Positions 27,176 to 40,085 of a DNA stretch of 64,000 nt are shown here, one piece after another. Positions within the stretch are counted from its first letter, which is position 1, and each line of letters opens with the position of its first letter. The stretch is from positions 8,742,001 to 8,806,000 of the forward strand of contig OZ176055.1 in the NCBI GenBank assembly GCA_964247055.1, in the 5' to 3' direction. The notes beneath the pieces were generated by a model. The model did no database searches, was not told the origin of the DNA, and saw only the letters and a list, made by a program, of their open reading frames with translations. The stretch is from Paragordius varius (lineage: Eukaryota; Animalia; Nematomorpha). Made by a program: the position numbers and the translations under genes.

Positions 27176-27204
27176 ATTTAATTTTGCTTATTACCTGTTA
27201 CAGT

Positions 27205-27210
27205 AATAAA
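27205..27210 (+). promoter_or_regulatory. Candidate polyadenylation signal of ATP5MG
   Basis: AATAAA 30 nt after the stop codon. Confidence 0.4.
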
Positions 27211-28369
27211 ACAAATTTGCATTTTTATATTCATTAATTTTTAATACAATTAAAAAAGTTATAACGCTCTTTTGAAGGCATTTTTTAAAAAATTGTTTAA
27301 TATGGAGAAGGTTTAAAATTGGGAAAATGTTTTTGTTGCACTGTATATAATTTTCACTTGAAACAATCAATAATCATAAATTCGACTTTGTATGATTTGT
27401 AAACCTATCATCCGCGGCAAAATACTCAAAAATATTAACAGTTTTTTAACCTTTATAAATATCAGGAATCGAAACCGATTCCACGTAAATTTTTTTGGTT
27501 TATTAAAAATAAGTTTTAGGGGAAAAAGATTAGTTGCAAAATTAATTTTGTTTCAATTACCGAAAAATATACTATCGTACATCTTTTTTCGAAAAAGATT
27601 GGGGTAATGTTACTATAGTGTTATCTTAAATATGATTACATTTTTTTTCTCATATAAAATCATGTCAACCTTTAACAGTCATTTTTTAAAATTTACGTTA
27701 AAAAATTTATTTAATATTTTGAACAAAAAAATAATTTAGCTCATATATGGCAAAAGTAACCGTTTTTTGTCCCAATAATGGAGATATTGAATTACTAATA
27801 CATCAAACCTAAATATTTTATTTGAAATTAAAATTTAATAGTATTACAATTTTAAATACGGGTAGAAGCATATCTAAATGAGACTTGAATGAGATGTCTA
27901 ATAGTTTCGCAATTTTAGTAAAAATAGTTTGTCTTAGTGTATTTAAAATGTATCGCAAAAGATATTTGAAACTAATTTTGTTTTACAAATATATTAATAT
28001 TGGCTTAATAATTTATATCTCAAGTTTTTTAATTTAATAATTATTGTGAAGGAGTAGATGATTTGAAACTTTTTGACCGGTTAAATTATCAAAAAATTGG
28101 ATCGTGCTTATTTATATTTATGAGATGCACATCATAAAATATAAAAATAAGTAATATTACAAAATATCAAGATATTGGACCAAATTCATGCATTCTTAAG
28201 CGCATGATTCGAAATATTTTATAAGAAAATTAAATTGTTGAAAAATCCTCATCTCCTCTTTTTCGCCGCCATTTTTTTCTTCTTTATTTTTTTTGAATTA
28301 CTAGTACAATAGCCAATAAATGTATATTCCTCATTCATTTGTATGGGGATTCTTCATTAAATGACGGTA

Positions 28370-28560
28370 CACCCGTTTTTTTCAATCTTTTCTTGATCTG
28401 GCTAATTCTATAAAATTAAGCGATTCGAGGTATTTTATTATTGTGTTGAGCCATGTGGTATGGGGTCGGCCGGATTTTGTTAGTTCAACCGAGTACTTTT
28501 TCATAGTTTTTAGAGTGCGTGCATATTGCTTTATTATAATAAAAATGTTAATAATTAACA
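28370..28560 (-). mobile_element. Short RTE-like C-terminal remnant
   Basis: Minus frame reads KSGRPHTTWLNTIIKYLESLNFIELARSRKD*, resembling the GRP.TTW...LA.DR..W tail of RTE elements. Confidence 0.45.
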
Positions 28561-28977
28561 GAAAATTTTAAAATTACGGTTTAACAGCATATTTTAGATA
28601 ATTATTCATTTTAGAATAGATTTGAATTGGATTTGGTAGATCTCCCAATTCTGAGAAAAGTTAGAGAACCGTATAAAATATAAAGTTTTTTCATAATGCA
28701 GGGAAACAATCTTTAATAATTAAATTTCAATCAAAACAACTTTTCAAACAGTAGTTTATTTTAAAGTTTATACTGTAAGGTACAAAAACACCCCTAAATA
28801 GAAAGGTTAGTAAAGTGTGTTAATTGATTAAATATGCCATAATACCTAATAAAATCGTTGAAAAACATAAAAAATATTTATTTTGATTCATTTATAATAA
28901 ACATATTTTGTGTATAAGATGTGGTACAATCATATAAATATATAGAATATTAATTGATATAAAAATAATACATATCT

Positions 28978-31900
28978 TTAGTAATAAGTTTCTTGTTCGA
29001 CCCAACCATGAGGCCATTTTCTTATACAAGCTTTGCGTATTTCATCATACGCAAAAATGAATACTGAAAAGGGTAGGGGAGTTAACCACCATTTCCAACT
29101 AAATAATATCATGTAAATTAAACATCAGAAACGTAAAAACATATGCATTTAAAAGAATACCATAATATTTTTAAAACCTTAATATATTTCCCGTACAATT
29201 TATTTAATTACAATTGTAAAATGTATGATTAATTGTGTTACCAATATACCTTTTTATATTTCATACTTTGTAGTTAAAAACAATTAGTTACATCTAAAAA
29301 CAACATGTCCTGCAATCTTTTGAGAAAAATAGTTGTCTCTATATTTTTTTCCAAAAAAATGGTAAAAGTAATTTTATTATTTTTTCAAAACTTTAATGCA
29401 ATATAACCTGATTGGATAAAAACCAAAAGGAACAGATATTGGGGTATAAAACAAAATGCAAGCCAATCCAATTTGAAATAGGATTGAGGCATTTAATACC
29501 ATATTCCTAAAAATAATCATACATATAATGCCTCTGATGTTCAAAAAATGCACAGCTTATTATTTGAATTATCCAATCTTTATATCATTTAAGTCCCTTT
29601 TCTTTGCTTTAAAACTCAATAGAAAGATATAAGAAAATCCAATTTTACAATTCATATAATAATTTATTTTGGAAAACAATTATTAAGATATCAGTTGTTT
29701 AGTTGTTTTGAAGTTTGGCTTATTTTATTCACAACTATCAGTCGTATTTTGAAAAATGACCATATCTAAAAATTGCAAAAATGCATGATAATTAGCTGGA
29801 GCTAATTAATTTATCAGTGAAGTTTATTATAATTAAATAAAAAGGTTTATTTGAAAATTTTTATACCCTAATCCATGTTGAAATAGGGATTTACGTCGTG
29901 TTTTATGAACTAGGAGATTTGCCATTTGACAAACGACAATTGCAATGAAAAAAGCTGAATTGCTTTGACGTTCCAACATTTTTCGACCATTATAATCCTA
30001 CGCATAAATATAGAGATAAAAAATAGTGATTGAGGTAATTTAAAAGATTAATTTTTTGTAAATAACCTGCCCGAATCAATATTTCATATGTATTACATTA
30101 AATATTAAATTGGCACCCCAAAAATAATCTCAATATTGCCAAACTAAAATCATTGATTTTGCATATTTACAAAATTTTTACCCATTCCTGCCCATAGGAG
30201 TCTAATACGTCGGATGTTGCTTTGGCATCCCACAAACTTCGAATGAAAATAAGTCGGGACGGTAGAAAACCATTCAGAGCCATAACTATAAAATAGTTGA
30301 AAAACCCAGCGGCAGATTCAATTACCCCAAGTTGGGCATATGAAACACCCAATAATCTATTTGACAATTTCAAGATAATTAAATTTAAGCACAGTTCATT
30401 CAAAGTAAAAATTTACATACTTTGTTGTGACCAATTTATCCCCCTTATTCCTTGGTGGTTGATTCATAATGTCAGATTCGGCTTTTTCATATGCCAAAGA
30501 AATGGTGGGTGGCTATAAAACAATACGTTTTTATTTTTTATAAAATGGGAAAATCGCTTTGAAATAAGTAAAACTAATTTAATGAATGGTCAAAAAAAAT
30601 CAATTAAACGGAAAAAATATAAAAAAAAAGTTAAACATAATTGCTTAAATATTGTGTGTGAAAATATGCAATACATTTACTATGATTAAACCTAATCTTA
30701 AAATTGTTCATAAAAAAGGGATTATTAAACTCTGATTAAATTCTTATACCACATCGATCCCAAGATCAATGGTTAATATGAGAATGGTTGCCAGTGGCAA
30801 CGGGATATTAAAAACGACATAAATTAGGAATGGGGTTAATTCCGGAATGTTGTGGGTTATTGCATACCCAATCGCCTTTTTTAAATTATCGAATATCAGA
30901 CGACCTAAAAAGTGTAGATATCATAAATGTTTGCAGAAAAAAGTAAAATTAATTTGTTTTTCTAATTAGATATATCATATGCTATTTTTAATTAGGAATT
31001 TTATTAATTACATCAAACATAAATATTTTATTCGTGTTTATGATTTATATACGTATTTATATATATGGCAAGATTTTAAATCCTAGTGTTATAAATTCTG
31101 AAAATTATAAAACCTTCCTCGACCCCAGTAACGATAGATGCAAAGTTGTCATCCAATAAAATTATATTGGCTGCCTGTTTACTCACATCACTCCCCGTGA
31201 TCCCCATTGCAATTCCTATATATATATATATATATAGAATTCGATTTTGGAATTTAAAAATTAAAAAAAACGCAAAAAAAATTCGATTTTGAACAATGCT
31301 ATTGCATGAATCTACCAAAAAACTACTTAGAACATACTTTACAATAAAGGGACATTAATATTTAAACGATATTTTACTGATCGCTTAAATTATTATAAAG
31401 GCTTTCAATAAATCAATATTTCAAATAACGTGCCAGTTATCATATAACAGCCATATTATTTTAAGGGACAAATATTATAATATTAGATATAGTAATAAAA
31501 GTATGGATTATCCTAAATATCTGCTAGAATTTTTATATGTAACATTATTTCACAGTCAGTTATATTCTATCTTCCTCAAACCCCATTGAAAGACACAATA
31601 ATTGATCTTAATATAACATTCTTTCACAATCTCTAATAACAGTAATCCGCTCAATTTAAAATTTGATTTTATTTCCAAGAATTTGCCAAAATCTCTCACT
31701 CAATACATTTACGGTCCAAAATTTATTGGTTTCATTAAAACTTTTTTCTTTATTTTGATAAAAAGTAAAGTTTACCGATGTCAGCTACTTTGAGGGCAGG
31801 GGCATCGTTAACCCCATCCCCGGTTACGCCTACGATAGCGCCCAGGCGTTGACAACCTTCGACTATGGCTAGCTTTTGTTTGGGGGAAATGCGGGCAAAA

Positions 31901-34900
31901 ACAATCTCACTGAATCGTTTTAACATGCAATCCACTTCGTTAGGTTTTAGCGCCTGTAATTCAGTTCCATGGACAACGAGCGCTTTTGGTTGGGGATAGA
32001 CCCATCGGCCTTCACCCTCAGTCAGGGTTGGGATAGCGGCTAAAGCACTCTTATAACTATTTATATTTTGTATGAAAATGTAATTTTGAATGTGAGTTTA
32101 TGTGACAGATTGGAAGAAATATGGAATAAAGATTGATGAAATGTAATGAAAATTAAAGGTATGATTATAAAACCTTTCCTCGGTAATATTAAAGGTGATA
32201 AGTATGTTTTTTGTTACGTCCAAAATACAAAACCCGTTTTTTGTCTCTACATTAGGTTCTACTAATTTTTCTGAGAAAAATATGGGTCTTATTCCAAAGA
32301 TTATTTTACCAAAAAATGGTTCCAGCACTATTGTGTTTTTTTTCGAGAATGGTTTCAAAACCGTTAAAAATTGATTTCAAAGAAAAAATATAAGTTCCGG
32401 TTTCATAAAAACGGTTAAAAAGAAAAAAAATGGTTCAACGATTCTATAAAAAGGGTTTCGGCACCAACTTTAAATTTCAAAACTATGTGATAGTGATGGA
32501 TAATATTTAGGAACAAACCTTTGTGAAAACGTATTTTTTGACTCAAAAATTCCTTCCAGAATTGTATTTTCGCTCTTAATGATTCCAACATTTTTTGCTA
32601 TTGATTTTGCTGTTAAGGGGTGATCTCCGGTAACCATAATTATCTGTGTTTAAGATTGTATATACTCAAAATTTGGAAAATTTTAACAAAAACAACAAAT
32701 TTTGGTATAAACAATAGTTATTTTGTCAAATATCAATCCATTAATAATCATATCCAATTTTAGTTAGACCATAATATAATTTTCTAAAACTAAATATCAA
32801 ATTGACAAAGGTTATAATTAAAAATTTTGAATAATTATACATTTTTTCACAAAATATCTCCTATAATATCCAATTTTTGCACCGAATTTGATTGAAAAGA
32901 GAAAAACTTGACATGTCCAAAAAACAATAAAGGCATTGAATCAATAGGCATATATATACCTTAATACCAGCATGTCGACATTTTACTACGGCTTCCTTTA
33001 CTCCGACCCTGGGTGGATCAATCAAGGAAATAAGTCCGACAAATGTGAAATGATGATTTTCCCGTTTACCAAAGGAATCAATATCAAATTGTATCATGGT
33101 ACAAGATGTATCAGTGTATGGGTATTGTTCAACCGAACTTTCTAGTTCACAAAACCCTAAAACTCTCTCCCCGGCATCACCGAGCATTTGATAGGCCGCG
33201 TTAAAAGCATCCGTAAAATCCTGATCAATCGCCTTTTTCACGCTTTGGTTTGGATCAGTCGGGTCAGTCGTCAAATAATAATCACACATTGCTAAAACTT
33301 TTTCAGGGGCCCCCTTGAGAACCATGATGAATTTGTTGGGATCATCGTTTGATAAACGGTTGATTGATAACTGAAGTGAATGGGATTATGGTTGTTATAT
33401 ATGAAAATATTTCACATTCTTAACTTCTAACCGCTTATTGTTTGTCAAAAATAAAATTTTGTTATAGAACCGATACGATACCCCATTATACAAATGTTTA
33501 AACTGGCAATACAAACGAGTCTCATTCAAACAAAACTCAGTAATATATTTATAAAAAGTAGCTCTCAATAGAGTTTAATCCGGATAAAACTAAAAAATTA
33601 ATCGTGCATATATATAAATACATGAAATTTATCGGTTGAGTTGAATGGAATTTCCGCCAACATGGGTGAACTTTGACGAAAAGCTTCAACATTGCCCATC
33701 ACATGTTCCATGCATTTAAGGATGGCAACTTCAGAAGCATCTCCAATACATTCTTTTTCTTGAAGCGTTAACGTTTCATTTTTGGGTGTGGCTGAGAATA
33801 TGGCATGATTACAGAGGGCCGCTATGCGAGACAAGGAAGTCCACACTGGGCCAGTGAGTTTGATTTCTATATGAGCGAAAAAATAAATTTATATGTTTGT
33901 ATGCCATCTATGTTTGATACTTTTTTGTAAAACTATTAATTATTATTGATTGTGTAGTCTAATATTTTATATTATGATGAAAAAATACATCATGGGAAGT
34001 TAAGTTAGATTTTATTATATATGCATCATTTACTTGGAATTTTAATTAAACAATTCAATGTATTCTTGAATTTAATATATTCCAGAGTTATTATATGTTT
34101 GTATGCTAACTATGCAAAAATGGTTTCGCTACTTTTTTGTAAAACTATTGATTATTGATTGTGTAGTCTAATATTAATATTGAGAATTAAAATAAATACA
34201 TGAAAAGTTAAGTGTTTAAATAATAGTTTTATCATATATACCATTTGAATTGGAATTTTAATTAAACATATCAATATACCCTTATATTTATAATATTCCA
34301 GGGTTATTATATGTTTGTATGTGCTATCTATGCAAAAATGGTTTTGCTACTTTTTTTGTAAAACTATTAATTATTGATTGTGTAGTCTAATATGAAAATA
34401 AATACATCATGGAAAGTTAAGTTAGATTTTATCATATATAGCATTTACTTGGAATTTTAATTAAACATTTCAATATAACCTTTTAAAATATTCCAGGGTT
34501 ATTATATGTTTGTATGCTATCTATGCAAAAATGGTTTTGCTACTTTTTTTGTACAACTGTTAATATTGATTGTGTAGTCTAATAGTTATATTCAGGAATA
34601 TCAAAATAAATACATCATGGGAAGTTAAGTGTTTAAATAATAGTTTTATCATATATAACATTTGAATTGGAATTTTAATTAAACATTTCAATATACCCTT
34701 GAATTTATAATATTCCAGGGTTATTATATGTATGTATGCTATCTATGCAAAAATAGTTTTGCTACTTTTTTGTAAAACTATTAATTATTATTGATTGTGT
34801 AGTCTAATAGTTATATTCGATCATAAAAATAAATACATCAGGAAGTTAAGTTAAATTTTATCCTCAATACCATTTACTTGGAATTTTAATTAAACATTTC

Positions 34901-37900
34901 CATATACCCTTGAATTTAAAATATTCCAGGGTTACAAAATTATGCGTAAGTTGAAGTTTTAAGGGTCAATTTGGAAAATTTAAGGGTGAATTTAAAATGT
35001 TCAAAGGTAGATATGAAGTGTTCAAACGTAAATTTGAATTGTAGAATGGTATATGGTGAGCGACGTGTTACATTTTAAATATTAGTAAATGCTATTCTAT
35101 TTTTTCTTCGAGGTGTTTAAAACAAATAATAAAGTTGATGACTAATGAATTATGAGCCTACACAAAAACGGCTTATCAAAAATAGACACATTTAACAGTA
35201 AAAATTTGTTTTATTAAAAATTTTAAGGCTCAAATTAGTTAATATAACTCTATATTGTTTTTTTTAAAAAAAACTTATTTAAGCTCAATAAATATACCGT
35301 TTTTTGGTTGCAAATACGAAAATTCATGGCATTGCATTTCAAACCATATGTGGGAAACTGTCATTCTATTTTGGGTCAGGGTACCCGTTTTGTCCGTACA
35401 AATGGTTGAGGTTGAGCCCAACGTTTCGACAGATTCCAAATTTTTAACTAAACAATTCTTAGCCGCCATTTTTTGGGCAGTTAGCGACAGGCATACCTAT
35501 TGGGAGTTTGTAAAAATTATATTATTGCAAAAATGATAATAGGAGATTAAAATTTGCTCGATATAATATTATTTTAATTAATTAAGCGTAAAACTGTGGT
35601 GCTTAAACCCGTAAATCGCGATTCAAAACTTTTGAGATTGAAACCGTAAATAATTAATTTATATACACATTTCGCCATAAAATTCTTTTCTGGCCTTTTA
35701 AGGGATAATAAATGGAGTAAAAATTAAAATTATTAAGATAAAACGTAAAAACTTAGCCATAAAATATATAATAATAGAATCTGACAACAATTTATATTTT
35801 TATGTATTATTTTGCAACGCAACAGTAGTTTATGCCAAAAATAATCAAGAGTGAAAAAATATGTCTCAAAAAATATTTGTCGTTTAGTTTTATGTTTTTC
35901 ACTTAAAAAAAACTAAAGTACCGTGATAGTTGGAAGGAGGCCTTCAGGCACGTTAGCTACTATAATACCAATACAAAATATTAGTGCATTCAACCACGTG
36001 TAATGTATTACGATCGAGATTACGAAAAATAAGATGCCAAAACATATAGCAATCGCCGCAATAATTATGACAAATCTATGCAATTCCCTATGAATGGGTG
36101 TTTCTGTACTCTGAGTCCCTGAGGTAAGATGGGCTATTTGGCCCATATAAGTCGCATTTCCAGTGGTTAGGACTAAACCTTTTCCAGAACCTAAAAATTA
36201 TTTATAAATTTTTGAACTTTTATTTTTAAGAGCAAAAAAATGAAAGGGAAATAAGAAAATATTTTGTAAAATGGTTGGTTAGATATATATTGAAAATTTT
36301 TATTTACAAAAAATTTGTTTCACGTATTTTTTTACATTTTAAGATAAATACGGAATATAACGAAATTTTTATCTGTAACATCAACACTTTGATCGCGTTA
36401 AGATTTGACTCATTTATATATTACTAAATTAATAATATACTATTCCGATTTAACAACTGTTATATTAAAGGAGGAATTCATAAAGTGCTAAAATGGTATA
36501 GAAAAAATAAATTTATGCAATTAAAAATTAGCTAAAAACCTTTAACAGCAAAGGTTGTAAAGAAAGCCAAATTCCTTGCTTCCAGTGGATTTATGCAATT
36601 CGATTCTACTGATCTGGGTTGCGGTTCGGCTTCCCCAGTAAAACTTGAATTATCAACCTAAATTGAAATACACACGAAATCATTTTCAAAATCAATTTGT
36701 TACAACAATAAGAGTAAATGCAATAACGCTATCTATCTATATATAATTATACTTATATTATAACAGTTTTAAGTGCTTTAATAATGTATGACTATGTTAT
36801 CATCATTAATACATTTATTTGTGAATAATACAATGTTTTAAAGGTTAGAAATTGTCAAAATCGATACCGGTTCTTGGAGTTTAAAGCGGTTTCTAACTAA
36901 GTTCGTTCTTTCTAATATTAATTTATAAATGCTATTTTGTCTAAGAGAAATCTTTTAGGATATAAACTTTCATCCAACTTTTTGTATTTATATGATTCGG
37001 AGATACCAAACTTAGGACAAATTATTTATGAAGTTAGGAGCATCAAACTTAAAAATATTTTAAAAATCAAAATCTACGTGGCTCGTTTAGGTTGACATCT
37101 GTGCAAATCTGCGAAGTAGCCTGCTTAATTGTATTATTAACCATTTTTAATATACAATTAGGGTCGCGATAGTCATTGAGACTATAATTTGATGCCAAAT
37201 TATATCATTTACAATTCAAAACCCTTAAGCAATTCAAATTCACCTTCAAATAAATTATTTTGAAGATAAAAAAAGCTATATTTTTTTAAAAAAAATTTTG
37301 CTTTAAATTAAACTAATACTGAAAATATAAAAACTAAGCCACAAAGATATATTTTATATTAATAGTGAGTTATATTATTCGAATATATTTTTAGGGTTGA
37401 ATTGTTCAAGGATGAATTTTGAAAGTGAATTTGAATTGTTAAAGGGTGAATTTGAACTGTAAATGGTATAATATGGCTTATGTAATGTGTTCAAAAGTAT
37501 AAATGAAAAATTCGTTAGCCCCTGTATATTTTTGAAATATGTAACCCGTTGTTTGAAAAATTCTTATTTTTTTACCTTTAATCCGTTTGATCGGATTATT
37601 CTCAAATCTGCCGGGATTTGATCACCACCCCTAATTTCAACAATGTCTCCAGGCACCAGATTTGCCGACTTAATTTCCATTTTTCGTCCATTTCGAAAGA
37701 CCACGGCTCGCTAGATAACATATAGATAACCCCAATAACTTATGACAAAATATGAATGTATTAAACTTGCAATTATTACATAATTTTTTTATTTTAACAA
37801 GAAATTGTGGTTTTTTTCGAGCAAATTAAATTAAAATATGAGAAAACATATGTATTGTATACCGATGGTATCATTTTTTGAAAAGATTCCATAATTTTTT

Positions 37901-40054
37901 CACTTTTTGCTGTTTGCCAATAAGCAAAAGAACCATTTAACACCACCACTGAAATCAAGACTATTCCCAAGTAAAGCTATTAAACATATAAATCAATATA
38001 ACAAATTTTGCTGGATACATATTATTTCCAATATATGTGTTTTAACAGTTTTAATTTTAATCAATTACACTTTTAAAGGATGTTTACCAATTTTAAACTA
38101 TATATGATATGGAATGTTATAGCAGATTTTTGCATCGTAATATAAAAGAATTATGGTAATTATTCATTAAAACAATATTATGGTAATTATTCATTAAAAC
38201 AATAATAATCCATTTGCTTTGGATCTATCGTTAAACCAGTGTAAAAGCTGTATGGTGTATTTTTATAAAATATCCAGATTATTACACTTTTAAAACAAAC
38301 AGTTTAGTTTGATATTAAAAGGTTTTTTAAAAAACTCTATCTCATCAAAAATACAGTACAAACGAAAATATACGGACAAAACGTAAAAATACAAAAAACA
38401 AATATTTTTTTCAAAAGACAACCATATTTTTAAAACCTTAATTTTTACTAAATAGAATATTTGATTACGATCGTAAACCACATAATGGATTGTGCTACCA
38501 ATATCCATCTTTATTTTATACTTTGTTGTTTAAAACAATGAGTTATATTTAATAAAAATTAGGATTTGGAAAAAATGTTCTTTAATTTTTACTGTTTGTC
38601 CGTATAATTTCAATTTTTATTTTATATATGTTGAAATTTGTGTAAAAATTAGTTTATTATATATTATTATATTTTAATTTTCATACAAATATTGTGATAT
38701 TTTACACATTAATAATCAATTAAATAAATCAAAATTAATTCTTATATTGTTACCGCGTTACTTTTAAAAATTTTTCTATAATCAGGGATTCGAACCGAAG
38801 CATATTTTATGGAACTGAAACCACAATCTTTTTTCCAAGACCGTTTAAGAAACAAAAATTTTAAATTTTGAAATAAGCTCCGCGGTTCTCTTTTTTTAAT
38901 TTATATCATTTTAAATTTAATTTAATTCTTTTGGTAAGGTTGATGTTTTTGCGGCTAATTATTTAATTTCTATCAAAAAATCGAAAAACTATGATTTTGG
39001 AAAAAATATCACTAAAATCCGAACCATTTAACCAAAAAAACGAGAATATATCCAAAAAGTATCCGGGTAATCCCTGTTACTAAATAATACTATAAATCCG
39101 AAACATATTTGAATATCTAACCTAAAACTTTTGTGCATCAACTTTCATTCATCAAACTTTTTTTTGAAAAAATGCCACAAAAAAATAACCAATTTGAATG
39201 GGAAAAAAAAGTTAAGAATGACAAATGCAACATATAAAATATATATTTAAAATAAATATTTAAAAATGGTTACATTATCTTTGGGGGCCGTGGATATGCT
39301 CGTTAAATCTACAATACCATAAGCAACGAAACACAGGATGGATCCTATGATTAGGAGGGAAGCAAATCCCGACACTTGGTGATGCAAAAATTTTATCCAT
39401 TCAGGTGTTTTAGGGGGCGGTTTTAACACATTGAGTCCGTGATCTGATAACCGTGATTCGGCTTCTTCAACAGTTAAACCCTAAAATTATTTTTGAAATT
39501 AGAAGATAGATAAATAAATTGTAATTTAAAATTTACAGTAGGAAGGAAAAAAATGAAATTATACAGACGATAATAAACGTAAACACATAAATAAAATATT
39601 TATTTATATTTTTTTAAAAAAAGGGTTTTTGAACCTTGATTATTTCAGTAGGAAGGAAAAAAATGAAATTAAACAGACTAATATACGTTTTCCAAAAACT
39701 GCTGTACTTTTTTAAAAAAACTTGATTAATTAACTATAACTCATTTCATAGTGTTTTAGGTTGCATAATATGGAATGTAAATGTAAATTTATAACACATC
39801 ACTCAATTATGTATATCACAATTCTAATGATAAATGATTTATTTATAGAGAGTAAAAAATCACGGTTAAAAGGTATGCTTGTGTTTGGGAAAAAAATATT
39901 TCGTTATTTTTTTACATTTTGTCTGCACAATTTCAATTTTTACTATGTGTCGCCCAATCGTAAATACTAAAAGACAAATTTTTTCATTGGACTGATTTAC
40001 TCTTTTATAGATATATGAAATCGTTTTAAGTAGATATAGAGATGTACCACACTC

Positions 40055-40085
<31 letters not shown>

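Noticed and set aside
30435-30450. Apparent frameshift in ATPase exon 15
   Set aside because: Recounting shows five G's (AAG GGG GAT), so DKLV is in frame and the gene is not a pseudogene.
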